From positions 1 through 64,000 of IMG/VR virus record IMGVR_UViG_3300027710_000011: 64,000 nt of DNA. The stretch is one strand, 5' to 3'. The position numbers were made by a program, and so were the translations under genes. Below are positions 1 through 8,331 of the stretch, piece after piece. Below the pieces are notes generated by a model, which worked only from the letters and a program-made list of their open reading frames with translations, made no database searches and was not told the origin of the DNA. The stretch's first letter is position 1. Every line of letters begins with the position of its first letter.

Positions 1-1112
1 CCGACACCGGCTTCACCGTTGACATCGACGCTGCCTTCAAGGGTCGTGTCTCCGCTGCTGAATCCGGCCTCGCTGCCGAAATCACCCGCGCCACCGCTGC
101 CGAAGGCGTCATCGACGGCAAGGTCGCCGCCGAAGTTACTCGTGCCACTGGTGCCGAGAACGTTCTGACCGCCGCCATCGCGACCGAAAAGTCGCGTGCT
201 GAAGGTGTCGAAGCAACTCTGACTACTGGCCTGGCCAGCGAAGTCAGCCGCGCCACGACCGCCGAAGGCGTGCTGGACGGCAAGATTGCCACCGAGAAGA
301 CCCGTGCCGAAGGCATTGAAGCCGGTCTGCAGTCCGCTCTGGATGCTGAAGTTGTTCGCGCAACCGCAGCCGAAGGCGTGCTCACGACTGCTGTCGCAAC
401 CGAAAAGACTCGCGCTGAAGGCGTCGAGGCTGGTCTGCGCACTGACCTGACTGCCGAGACCGCTCGTGCGACTGCCGCCGAAGGCGTGCTGACCACCGAC
501 TTGGCTGCTGAAGTTGCTCGTGCAACTGCTGCCGAAGGCGTGATCGATGGCAAGGTGACTGCTGAAGTCACCCGTGCCACGGCCGCTGAAGGTGTCCTGA
601 CTACTGCCATCGCTACGGAAAAGACCCGTGCCGAAGGCATTGAAGCCGGCCTGCGTACGGACCTGACCGCTGAAGCTGCTCGCGCCGCTGCTGCTGAAGG
701 TGTCCTGACGACTGACCTGGCTGCTGAAGTCAGCCGCGCGACTGCTGCTGAAGGTGTGTTGTCTGGCAAGGTGGGTAACCTCTCCAGCCTGACCACATCC
801 GCCAAGACCGACCTGGTCTCGGCCATCAACCAAGTTGCAGCTGCCGCCGGCACTGGTACTGGCGCCCTGAAGGATGCCATCAACGCTCAGCGCTTCACCT
901 ACACGGCTGCTGCTGCTGCTTTGACGCACGTCATCAACCACAACCTGAACACCGGCTTCGCCGCTGTGCAAGTGTTGACCAAGGGTGATGATGGTCTGTT
1001 CCGCAACGACATCGTCGCCGTGGAAGAAACCAGCGCCAACGCCATCACCATCACGCTGACCGAAGCGCGCATCGTGAAGGTCGCGATCCAGGCTCTGGAC
1101 GCTTTGGCCTAA
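1..1112 (+). CDS. 5'-truncated coiled-coil tail/fibre-associated protein with AEVxRATAAEGVL repeats
   Basis: The frame is open from position 3 to the stop at 1112. It carries tandem helical repeats (AEVARATAAEGVLTT, TEKTRAEGIEAGL), then GNLSSLTTSAKTDLVSAIN and a C-terminal HVINHNLNT...VQV beta domain. Confidence 0.75.
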   Translation, partial: DTGFTVDIDAAFKGRVSAAESGLAAEITRATAAEGVIDGKVAAEVTRATGAENVLTAAIATEKSRAEGVEATLTTGLASEVSRATTAEGVLDGKIATEKTRAEGIEAGLQSALDAEVVRATAAEGVLTTAVATEKTRAEGVEAGLRTDLTAETARATAAEGVLTTDLAAEVARATAAEGVIDGKVTAEVTRATAAEGVLTTAIATEKTRAEGIEAGLRTDLTAEAARAAAAEGVLTTDLAAEVSRATAAEGVLSGKVGNLSSLTTSAKTDLVSAINQVAAAAGTGTGALKDAINAQRFTYTAAAAALTHVINHNLNTGFAAVQVLTKGDDGLFRNDIVAVEETSANAITITLTEARIVKVAIQALDALA

Positions 1113-1118
1113 TCGGCT

Positions 1119-1162
1119 GGGAGAACTCGCTAGTAAAGGAGTTCTCCCTTTCCCTTCTTTTT
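1119..1162 (+). terminator. intrinsic terminator
   Basis: GGGAGAACTC-loop-GAGTTCTCCC followed by a T-rich tract, directly after the stop codon. Confidence 0.75.
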
Positions 1163-1176
1163 AGCTTTTTCTTATT

Positions 1177-1398
1177 ATGCCAATTCGTCCTCTCGCATCC
1201 TTTAACGTTCAAGAACTACAGTCTGTGGACGACGCGTTGGCAATGCTTGACGCAAACATCGAAGACTTGATGACCATGACTAAAGACCAATTGGTTTATG
1301 GTCCAAATGAGTACTGGATACTGGACAAGAACATTTTGTTCCTTGAACAGTACAGCAACAGGCTGGAAAAGCTAATAAGACAGGAGAATAAAAAATGA
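1177..1398 (+). CDS. hypothetical protein (73 aa)
   Basis: ORF track; co-directional with its neighbours and its stop overlaps the next start (ATGA). Confidence 0.65.
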   Translation: MPIRPLASFNVQELQSVDDALAMLDANIEDLMTMTKDQLVYGPNEYWILDKNILFLEQYSNRLEKLIRQENKK

Positions 1399-1583
1399 GT
1401 CAACCGCACCCTCAGCAACTGCAAGCCTGGTTGGCACGGTGTCGGATGAACTTGGCTAAGTTTCGCGCAATACGTCATACACTGACTGAAGAACAACAAG
1501 TTCAGTTCGTTAATGACCAACAGGTGATTCTTAGAACAAGCGTCAGAGTTGTAAAAGGCCTTGCTCGGTTCGAAGGCGTGTAA
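1395..1583 (+). CDS. hypothetical protein (62 aa)
   Basis: AGGAG Shine-Dalgarno (SD) upstream and an ATGA overlap with the previous gene. Confidence 0.65.
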   Translation: MSQPHPQQLQAWLARCRMNLAKFRAIRHTLTEEQQVQFVNDQQVILRTSVRVVKGLARFEGV

Positions 1584-1600
1584 CTATCCAGGAGTGCATC

Positions 1601-2149
1601 TTGTCAGCATCAATCGTTCGCAATTACACAGACATGGAGCTGCGTGGCTCCCTCATCCACGGTAAGGAGCTGTCGGATTTTCCGGCTACCCCTCGTCGTA
1701 ATGAGCAGGTCCTCATCAACGGGGTTCTCTGGGTCTACACGATGGTCGCTGGGTCTCTGACCTGGTTCCCACTCAACACCAAGAAAAACACCCACACTCA
1801 TACCCAAGCCCTGGCCTCCCAGGACTGGACCGTCCAGCACGGTATGAATACCCAGGACTTCGTTCTCGGCGTCTACGGCCCCGACAACAACCTGGTGATG
1901 CCTTCCAGCATCCAACAAGTCACCGACAATAGCTTCCACATCACGTTCACTGAACCTGTCGCTGGCCGCGCTGTCGCCTTCTTCAATACCGCAGCATTTG
2001 CGCCTACAGTGGTCACGCAGTCTGTCACCGCCAATTCGTTGAATATCTCGAATGGCTTGGTCACTGCAGATCAAACTGGGCTCAAGGTCAACGGCAATCA
2101 AGTTCCAGTCTTGAATGCTGAAGGCCATATGGACTACGGTACTCTCTAA
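1601..2149 (+). CDS. tail fibre adapter/structural protein
   Basis: TTG start with AGGAG SD. The HTHTQALASQDWTVQHGM domain resembles the C-terminal domain of the 1-1112 protein. Confidence 0.7.
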   Translation: MSASIVRNYTDMELRGSLIHGKELSDFPATPRRNEQVLINGVLWVYTMVAGSLTWFPLNTKKNTHTHTQALASQDWTVQHGMNTQDFVLGVYGPDNNLVMPSSIQQVTDNSFHITFTEPVAGRAVAFFNTAAFAPTVVTQSVTANSLNISNGLVTADQTGLKVNGNQVPVLNAEGHMDYGTL

Positions 2150-2176
2150 CACCTTCTGAGCAGGAAAGAAAACGAG

Positions 2177-5100
2177 ATGCATACCCCATTGATCCCTCCC
2201 CGCGGCGGCGCTTCTACCGTCGCGTCTTACGTTGGTCCTGCTGGCTCCATCGTCGTCAACACTGACGCAAAAACAATCCACGTCCATGACGGCGTGACCG
2301 CTGGCGGCTTTGCTTTGTCCAAGGTTGGCCACCAGCACACGCTGAACGAAATCACCGCAGCTTTGGGTTTCACGCCTGCTGCTTTGAACGTCAGTGGTCA
2401 AGTCTCCGTTGCTCAACTGGGTACCGGCACTGCAAATGCGACTAAGGTCCTGTTTGGTGACGGCACTTGGAAAGACGCTCCCACCGGCGGTGGTGGCGGC
2501 TCGAGCAATAGCTTGTCTGGCACTGGCACTGTTTCGCCTTCTACTTCGGTGTCCGGCGTTTACGCTGGTGTTACGGCCGGTGTTGGTGAGATGTATCTGG
2601 TCAACGCTGGCGCAGGTTCCAACGAAAAGGCTATTCAGTTCGCCCAGCGCGCTGATGGTGTTTTCCAGATCAATCTGTACAACGACGCTCTCAACAGCAA
2701 TCCCACGTTCTTCTCGCTGGATCGCACCGGCGCAGTTCCTAACATCGCTACGTTCAATGTGAACTCGATGGTGGTGAACGGCGTTCTTAGCGCCAATTCT
2801 TTCGCCGGCGTGGGCACGGCTCTGACAGCGCTGAACGCTTCGAACCTCGCTTCTGGCACAGTGCCTGTTGCGCGATTGGGTAGCGGTACCGCAAGTGCCA
2901 GTACCTACCTCCGTGGCGACGGTACTTGGGACGCTATCAGTGCAGGCGGCTCCGTTGAAGCTGGGAGCATTCTTCCAGCTGCCGGCACCAGCTCTGTCAC
3001 ACTGACTACTGGTAACCAGATTGGTGCCAACACCAGTGCTGACGTCACTATCGGCTCCGGTTCGTCGGCCAACGGCCTGACTGGTGCAGTCACGATTACT
3101 TCCGGCGGTACCGGTTCACTTGGTTCCGGTAACGTGACCTTGAAATCGGGTCAGACTGGTTCTGGCTACGGCTCGGGCGAAGTGATCATCGGCACCGGTG
3201 CGACCAGTGGTAATTCGGGAACACCTGCTGTTTCTGGCGCTATCACGATTGCTACTGGTGGTTGGACTGGTACGGGTACGAATCAGTCGTCGGGCAGCAT
3301 CACGCTGCAAACCGGAACGAAAGCAGGTTCCGGTGTTGGTGGTGACATCAATCTGACAACCGGTACTGGCGGCGAGATTGTGATGACTTCTTCTGTCATC
3401 ACAACAACCGGCAACCTCGGAGTTGGTGGCTTTGGTGGTAACGGTGCCACGCCTGGTCGAATCTTCGCTGCTTCCGGCGGTATCCAGGTTGATCAAACAT
3501 CCTTGGTACCCTCGAATTCGTTGGGCGGTAGCTTCCGTATCGGTTATCTGAATTCTGCGATCAGCGGAACATCGGATGGCTTCCTGACCTGGATGGGCGC
3601 GGCAGCAACGCTGAATGTGTCCGGTGCCAATGGCTCTGTTCTGCTGGCATCGCGTTCTGATTCCGGCACAGCCGGCGTCAGCGTTGCGACAAACAACACG
3701 GCTCGCCTGTTCATTGCTGGCAATGGCGCGTGGGGTTTGTCTGGCGCTAACTACGGCACAGCTGGTCAAGTGTTGACATCGAGCGGCTCGGGCTCTGCAC
3801 CGACCTGGACGTCGCCTGCTGTTGACACCTTGAACGCCACCGGTCCTCGTGGCTTCAACATCGCGACTGCTGCGGTGACTGCCGGTACTTCGAATGACGG
3901 AACTTATCAGATTCCTTGCATTGGTTTGACTGCGCCTAACGCGCCGTTGAACGAAAAAGTTTGGCAATTCAGCGCAAGTAGCGGTGGTGGTTTTGAACTC
4001 GGCGGTTACAACGACGCGTTGCAGGGTGGCTCGTATAGCGCTTATATCACTATCGGTCGCAATGCCGTCGCAGCAAATACCATGCAGTTCAATGCGGCAG
4101 CGATCACATTGAACGGTGCGGTGACCGGTACGTCGTTTGCAGGTTCTGGCGCTGGCTTGACTGCGCTGAATGCTTCGAACTTCAGCACAGGCGTCATGGC
4201 CACCGCTCGTCTGGGTTCCGGTACAGCTGACGCATCGACGTACTTGCGTGGTGACGGCACGTGGGCGGCAGTTTCGGCTGGCGCATCTACGTCGTTGAGC
4301 GCTACAGCGACATCGCCTGCACCTAGCGGTACTTCTGGTACGACGGGCGTGTACGCATCGTCTGTTGGCGGTCAGCCGACGTTCTGGTTCACCAACTCCA
4401 CAGCGGCTGCCAACACCAAGACATCCGTTATTGACCAGACATCCGGCGGCTTGTTGCGGTTCAATTTCACAAATGACTTGTGGAATACAGCAACGGCATG
4501 GCTGTCGGCACAGCGTGTCAGTGGTTCGAACGTTGCGTCTGCTGTCAAGCTGGATGCGAATTCTGTCAATCTGGCAGGTTTGTCTACGGGTCTGCAGCTG
4601 AACGGCTCTGCCGGTACAGCTGGTCAAGTGTTGACTTCGCAAGGCGCCAGCGCTGCTCCTATCTGGACGTCCGCCAGCGTTACGGCTTTGAACGGCACGG
4701 GTACCTTCACACCATCGACTACGACGACAGGTGTTTTTGCTGGCGCAGCCGGCGCTGAGTCACGCATTGTGTTCTCGGCATCTGGAGCCACTGCTGGTAA
4801 CAAACTGTCAATTTTGGCTGGACATTCAGGCGGCTTCCAAGCTAGCTTTGTCAACGACACGTACGATAGTCAAACAGTCTGGTTGCAGGTTGCTCGTTCT
4901 GGTAATACAGCTACGAACATCACGCTCACAGGCACAGCCATCACGCTGAACGCTGCTGTGACTGGCACGTCGTTTGCAGGTACACACACTGGTGTTGGTA
5001 CTGGCTTGACTGCACTGAATGCTTCGAACCTGGCTTCTGGCACGGTGGCAACTGCTCGCCTGGGTACAGGTACTGCCGATAACAGTACCTACCTCCGTGG

Positions 5101-6577
5101 CGACGGTACCTGGGCAGCGGCTGTGGCTACGTCGAGCACATCGTTGAACGGCACTGCTGCACCGAGCGCTCGTTCGTCCAGCACAAGCGGTGTGTTTGCC
5201 GGTACCATCGGTTATCCGTTGATCACGATGACTGCGTCTGGCGCAGGCGCGAATGCTAAGAGTGCCCAGATTTATCTGGACTCCACTACTGGTGCTTTCG
5301 GCATGTCGTTCTTGCCGGACGGCTTGGCTTCGCAAAATCTGTTCTTCACCGCATCGCGCAACGGCGCAACTGCCGCAACGATCACCTTGACTTCTACAGC
5401 CATGAATTTGGCTGTTGGCACTGGTGGTCTGCAGCTGAACGGCTCTGCCGGCACAGCTGGTCAAGTGTTGACTTCCAATGGTCCTAGCGCCGCCCCTACG
5501 TGGGCTGCTCCTGCTCCAGCTGTCTTGGCTGCCACTGGCAACTACGCGACAGTTCTGACCTCGGGCGTCTACGCTGGTTTGCGCACTAACGCTCCTGCTC
5601 TTCAGTTGGTGAATACCAGCTGTGCAACCGATGCGGAAGTGACATCGCTTGTGCACGACAATGACGGCGTTGTTCGTCTGCGTCTGTGGGCCAACAACTT
5701 CGCATCGAACAACTACGCGTTCGAAGTGGTGCGTAACGGCGCAGCAGTGCCGTCGATGTTCAAGTTGTATGGCACCGCCATCAATTTGGCTGTTGGCACT
5801 GGTGGTCTGCAGCTGAATGGCGTTGCTGGCACAGCTGGTCAAGTCCTGATGTCTGGCGGCGCTGGCGTTGCTCCGACATGGTCGAGCACGTATGCAGGTC
5901 AGATGACATTCTCTGCTGGCATCACATGCTCGTCTGTGACTGCAATGGAAGTCGCTGGCGCCTCTGGCGCTCTGCAGCTCGGTTACCTGAATGCAGCAGT
6001 GACTTCGGTGCAAGATGCATTTGTGGCTTGGGGTGGTACTTCCAGTACTCTGGTGTCCGGCGTCACAGGTGCCAGCTCCAACGGTACTCTGGTGCTGTCT
6101 TCGCGTAACACATCCAACGCGGGTGTCACTATCGCGACTAACAATACTGTTCGACTGGTCACTCAGTTCAACGGTACGGTTCGTCCTGGTGCTGATGCGA
6201 CGCAGGACTTCGGCGCTACGACCTTCCGCTGGAACAACGGCTACTTCGGTGCCCTGTTCACAACAGCCGGTACCGTCAGCGTCTCGGATGAGCGTCTGAA
6301 GACCGACATCTTCGATCTGGAAGATGCTGAAGTGCGCGTGGCCCAGCAACTCAAGCAGTTGCTGAAGAAGTATCGTCTGAAGTCGGAAGTTGCGGCTCAA
6401 GGCGCGAAGGCCAAGTGGCACGTTGGCATCATTGCGCAAGCAGTGGTCAAGGCATTCGCAGATGAAGGTCTGGATGCTCACGACTACGCGATGCTCAGCC
6501 TGACTGATGTTGATGGTGTTGATCAATACGGCGTGAACTACGACGAATTGCTCGCATTCATCATCGCTGCTCTGTGA
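2177..6577 (+). CDS. long tail fibre (Mtd_N-like N-terminus, internal repeats, C-terminal peptidase S74 chaperone)
   Basis: N-terminal RGG...GPAGSIVVNTDAKTIHVHDGVTAGG, a G/S/T-rich body and C-terminal SDERLKTDI...GIIAQ...YGVNYDEL. Confidence 0.88.
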   Translation: MHTPLIPPRGGASTVASYVGPAGSIVVNTDAKTIHVHDGVTAGGFALSKVGHQHTLNEITAALGFTPAALNVSGQVSVAQLGTGTANATKVLFGDGTWKDAPTGGGGGSSNSLSGTGTVSPSTSVSGVYAGVTAGVGEMYLVNAGAGSNEKAIQFAQRADGVFQINLYNDALNSNPTFFSLDRTGAVPNIATFNVNSMVVNGVLSANSFAGVGTALTALNASNLASGTVPVARLGSGTASASTYLRGDGTWDAISAGGSVEAGSILPAAGTSSVTLTTGNQIGANTSADVTIGSGSSANGLTGAVTITSGGTGSLGSGNVTLKSGQTGSGYGSGEVIIGTGATSGNSGTPAVSGAITIATGGWTGTGTNQSSGSITLQTGTKAGSGVGGDINLTTGTGGEIVMTSSVITTTGNLGVGGFGGNGATPGRIFAASGGIQVDQTSLVPSNSLGGSFRIGYLNSAISGTSDGFLTWMGAAATLNVSGANGSVLLASRSDSGTAGVSVATNNTARLFIAGNGAWGLSGANYGTAGQVLTSSGSGSAPTWTSPAVDTLNATGPRGFNIATAAVTAGTSNDGTYQIPCIGLTAPNAPLNEKVWQFSASSGGGFELGGYNDALQGGSYSAYITIGRNAVAANTMQFNAAAITLNGAVTGTSFAGSGAGLTALNASNFSTGVMATARLGSGTADASTYLRGDGTWAAVSAGASTSLSATATSPAPSGTSGTTGVYASSVGGQPTFWFTNSTAAANTKTSVIDQTSGGLLRFNFTNDLWNTATAWLSAQRVSGSNVASAVKLDANSVNLAGLSTGLQLNGSAGTAGQVLTSQGASAAPIWTSASVTALNGTGTFTPSTTTTGVFAGAAGAESRIVFSASGATAGNKLSILAGHSGGFQASFVNDTYDSQTVWLQVARSGNTATNITLTGTAITLNAAVTGTSFAGTHTGVGTGLTALNASNLASGTVATARLGTGTADNSTYLRGDGTWAAAVATSSTSLNGTAAPSARSSSTSGVFAGTIGYPLITMTASGAGANAKSAQIYLDSTTGAFGMSFLPDGLASQNLFFTASRNGATAATITLTSTAMNLAVGTGGLQLNGSAGTAGQVLTSNGPSAAPTWAAPAPAVLAATGNYATVLTSGVYAGLRTNAPALQLVNTSCATDAEVTSLVHDNDGVVRLRLWANNFASNNYAFEVVRNGAAVPSMFKLYGTAINLAVGTGGLQLNGVAGTAGQVLMSGGAGVAPTWSSTYAGQMTFSAGITCSSVTAMEVAGASGALQLGYLNAAVTSVQDAFVAWGGTSSTLVSGVTGASSNGTLVLSSRNTSNAGVTIATNNTVRLVTQFNGTVRPGADATQDFGATTFRWNNGYFGALFTTAGTVSVSDERLKTDIFDLEDAEVRVAQQLKQLLKKYRLKSEVAAQGAKAKWHVGIIAQAVVKAFADEGLDAHDYAMLSLTDVDGVDQYGVNYDELLAFIIAAL

Positions 6578-6594
6578 GCATGTGAAGTGAAGTA

Positions 6595-6627
6595 ATAAAA
6601 GGAGGGGATAAAACCCCTCCTTTTATG
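6595..6627 (+). terminator. hairpin + TTTTATG terminator
   Basis: ATAAAAGGAGGGG-ATAAAA-CCCCTCCTTTTATG. Confidence 0.8.
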
Positions 6628-6663
6628 TTATCGATTTTATGTAACTCTGAGGGAATATCAACA

Positions 6664-7215
6664 ATGCAAGTCGCAAAACTGATTGATGGCGTAGTGACTA
6701 TTTCTGACCTCGCTACGTTCTATCCGAATACCTCATTCACTGAGGAAGGCCCGGATTCGGATTTCATGCAGCAAGAAGGAATCTTCTTGATCAACAACGA
6801 ACTGATCCACAATCCGGCCACTCACAGACTTGAGGACGCTGCGCCGTACATTGACGGTAGTGTGGCGCGATCAAAGATTATCGTCGCGCTTACCCAGCAA
6901 GAGCTCTATCAAATGGCCATGCGTAAAGGCGGGCAAGTCATCGATGAGTTCAAAAAGGAAGCATCCAAACGTCTGGATGAGTTTGCACAGACTCGTGGTT
7001 ACGACAACATCTTGTCTTTGTGCACGTACATCAATGACATCAATCCAGACTATGTCGCAGAAGCTACACGCGGCATTGAGCTGAGAAGTCAATGGTGGAC
7101 AATCCTGACAGGACAGATGAACAGCGTTCTGGCGGGTACAAGACCTATGCCTGCTTCGTTTGAAGAGCTGGCTACTGAGCTGCCAGCTCTGACTTGGAAT
7201 AACGCCCGTCACTAA
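6664..7215 (+). CDS. tail fibre assembly-like protein
   Basis: Follows the fibre gene. The motif RLDEFAQTRGYDNILSLCTY...ELPALTW is typical of fibre assembly proteins. Start moved to ATG 6664, which has a GAGGG SD. Confidence 0.7.
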   Translation: MQVAKLIDGVVTISDLATFYPNTSFTEEGPDSDFMQQEGIFLINNELIHNPATHRLEDAAPYIDGSVARSKIIVALTQQELYQMAMRKGGQVIDEFKKEASKRLDEFAQTRGYDNILSLCTYINDINPDYVAEATRGIELRSQWWTILTGQMNSVLAGTRPMPASFEELATELPALTWNNARH

Positions 7216-7225
7216 AACGAACGTA

Positions 7226-7256
7226 ATAAAGGACGGGTGTAATCCCGTCCTTTATG
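7226..7256. terminator. bidirectional terminator
   Basis: ATAAAGGACGGG-TGTAAT-CCCGTCCTTTATG between convergent genes. Confidence 0.8.
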
Positions 7257-7262
7257 TCGTGC

Positions 7263-8267
7263 TTAAGGTTTTGCAGAAGATGTCGGCGAATTAGCGCCTT
7301 GAGCTTGATGATGGTGCGACTTCACGCCGGTGCCGTCAACCGTAACGTCACCGCCAGTTACAGTCATGGAACCCGACACGGTAGCTGTTGCGCCACCAGA
7401 ACCACCGCTGACAGCCATACCACCTTGGATGGTTGTCTTACCAGTGAACAAAGTCGTTGGGACAGTATTCGTAGTCGTCGAAGCTTTGGTTGTGATAGCT
7501 GTCGTCTTGTCGTTGATAGAAGATCCTGCGTCACTATTGATAGAGCCACCAGCTTTGTGATTGATGTCTTTACCAGCAGAGAGGTTGATAAAGTTGCCAG
7601 CCTTCATGTTGATCGTATCAGGTGCAGTGATATTGATCACCTTACGATTCATGTCAATCCATGAACCATCCGCATTCTTCAACTCAATACGAACGTTCTT
7701 GGAATCGAGTTGAATGTAGTTGCCAATATCATCCTTGATCAACAAGTTACCGTTCGCCGTGTCAAGCTGAATGTCGTACACAAATGGCTCACCATCGGAC
7801 TTCGATGTGTGTACCGTAATGTGTTTACGATGCGTGCTGACTTCCATGTAGTAAGTCGTGTCAGGCGTAGACTTTTTAGTCTCGTCCCGTGTGTTTGAGT
7901 ACGAGTAAATCACAGTCTCCAACTTGCGAAGATCTGCTTCGTAAAACAGAGTTGACCAGTAGTACTTGTCCTGATCACCATACTGCCAGATTTGAATACG
8001 CTCACCACGACGAACGTCGGGAGGCGTGGCACGGTTGCTAATGCCGTCCGGGATCCATTTAGCAAGCACACTGATCGTGGTATCCAAGGAATGCTGATAG
8101 GCTTGACCTTGTGAGTCTGTACCAGACGCCTCGTATTGCTTGACGTTATCAGACAGTTGCCCATCTACGAAGTTCATCTCCTCGATCGGAACGACTTCAA
8201 TCAAATCAGAATCCAGAGCTTTGTTGGCGGCAACAATGCCCAAGCTATAACGACGAAGATTAGACAT
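7263..8267 (-). CDS. baseplate central spike (gpV/gp5-like; phiKZ gp164-like)
   Basis: OB-fold-like N-terminus (PPDVRRGERI), beta-helix repeats (INLSAGKDINHKAGGSINSDAG) and an apex HxH metal motif (KSHHHQ). Confidence 0.8.
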   Translation of the reverse strand: MSNLRRYSLGIVAANKALDSDLIEVVPIEEMNFVDGQLSDNVKQYEASGTDSQGQAYQHSLDTTISVLAKWIPDGISNRATPPDVRRGERIQIWQYGDQDKYYWSTLFYEADLRKLETVIYSYSNTRDETKKSTPDTTYYMEVSTHRKHITVHTSKSDGEPFVYDIQLDTANGNLLIKDDIGNYIQLDSKNVRIELKNADGSWIDMNRKVINITAPDTINMKAGNFINLSAGKDINHKAGGSINSDAGSSINDKTTAITTKASTTTNTVPTTLFTGKTTIQGGMAVSGGSGGATATVSGSMTVTGGDVTVDGTGVKSHHHQAQGANSPTSSAKP

Positions 8268-8331
8268 GGCCCTACTTTCTGTAAAAAATCATGAGATCTC
8301 TTAATGATCTGTAAAGAATCCAGGAGATCCA

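Noticed and set aside
3116-6526. Long minus-strand ORFs opposite the tail fibre (likewise 12455-13420, 19363-20577, 22206-23285, 31481-32332, 36222-37271, 49136-50296)
   Set aside because: These are shadow ORFs of biased or repetitive real genes, with unnatural composition and no SD.
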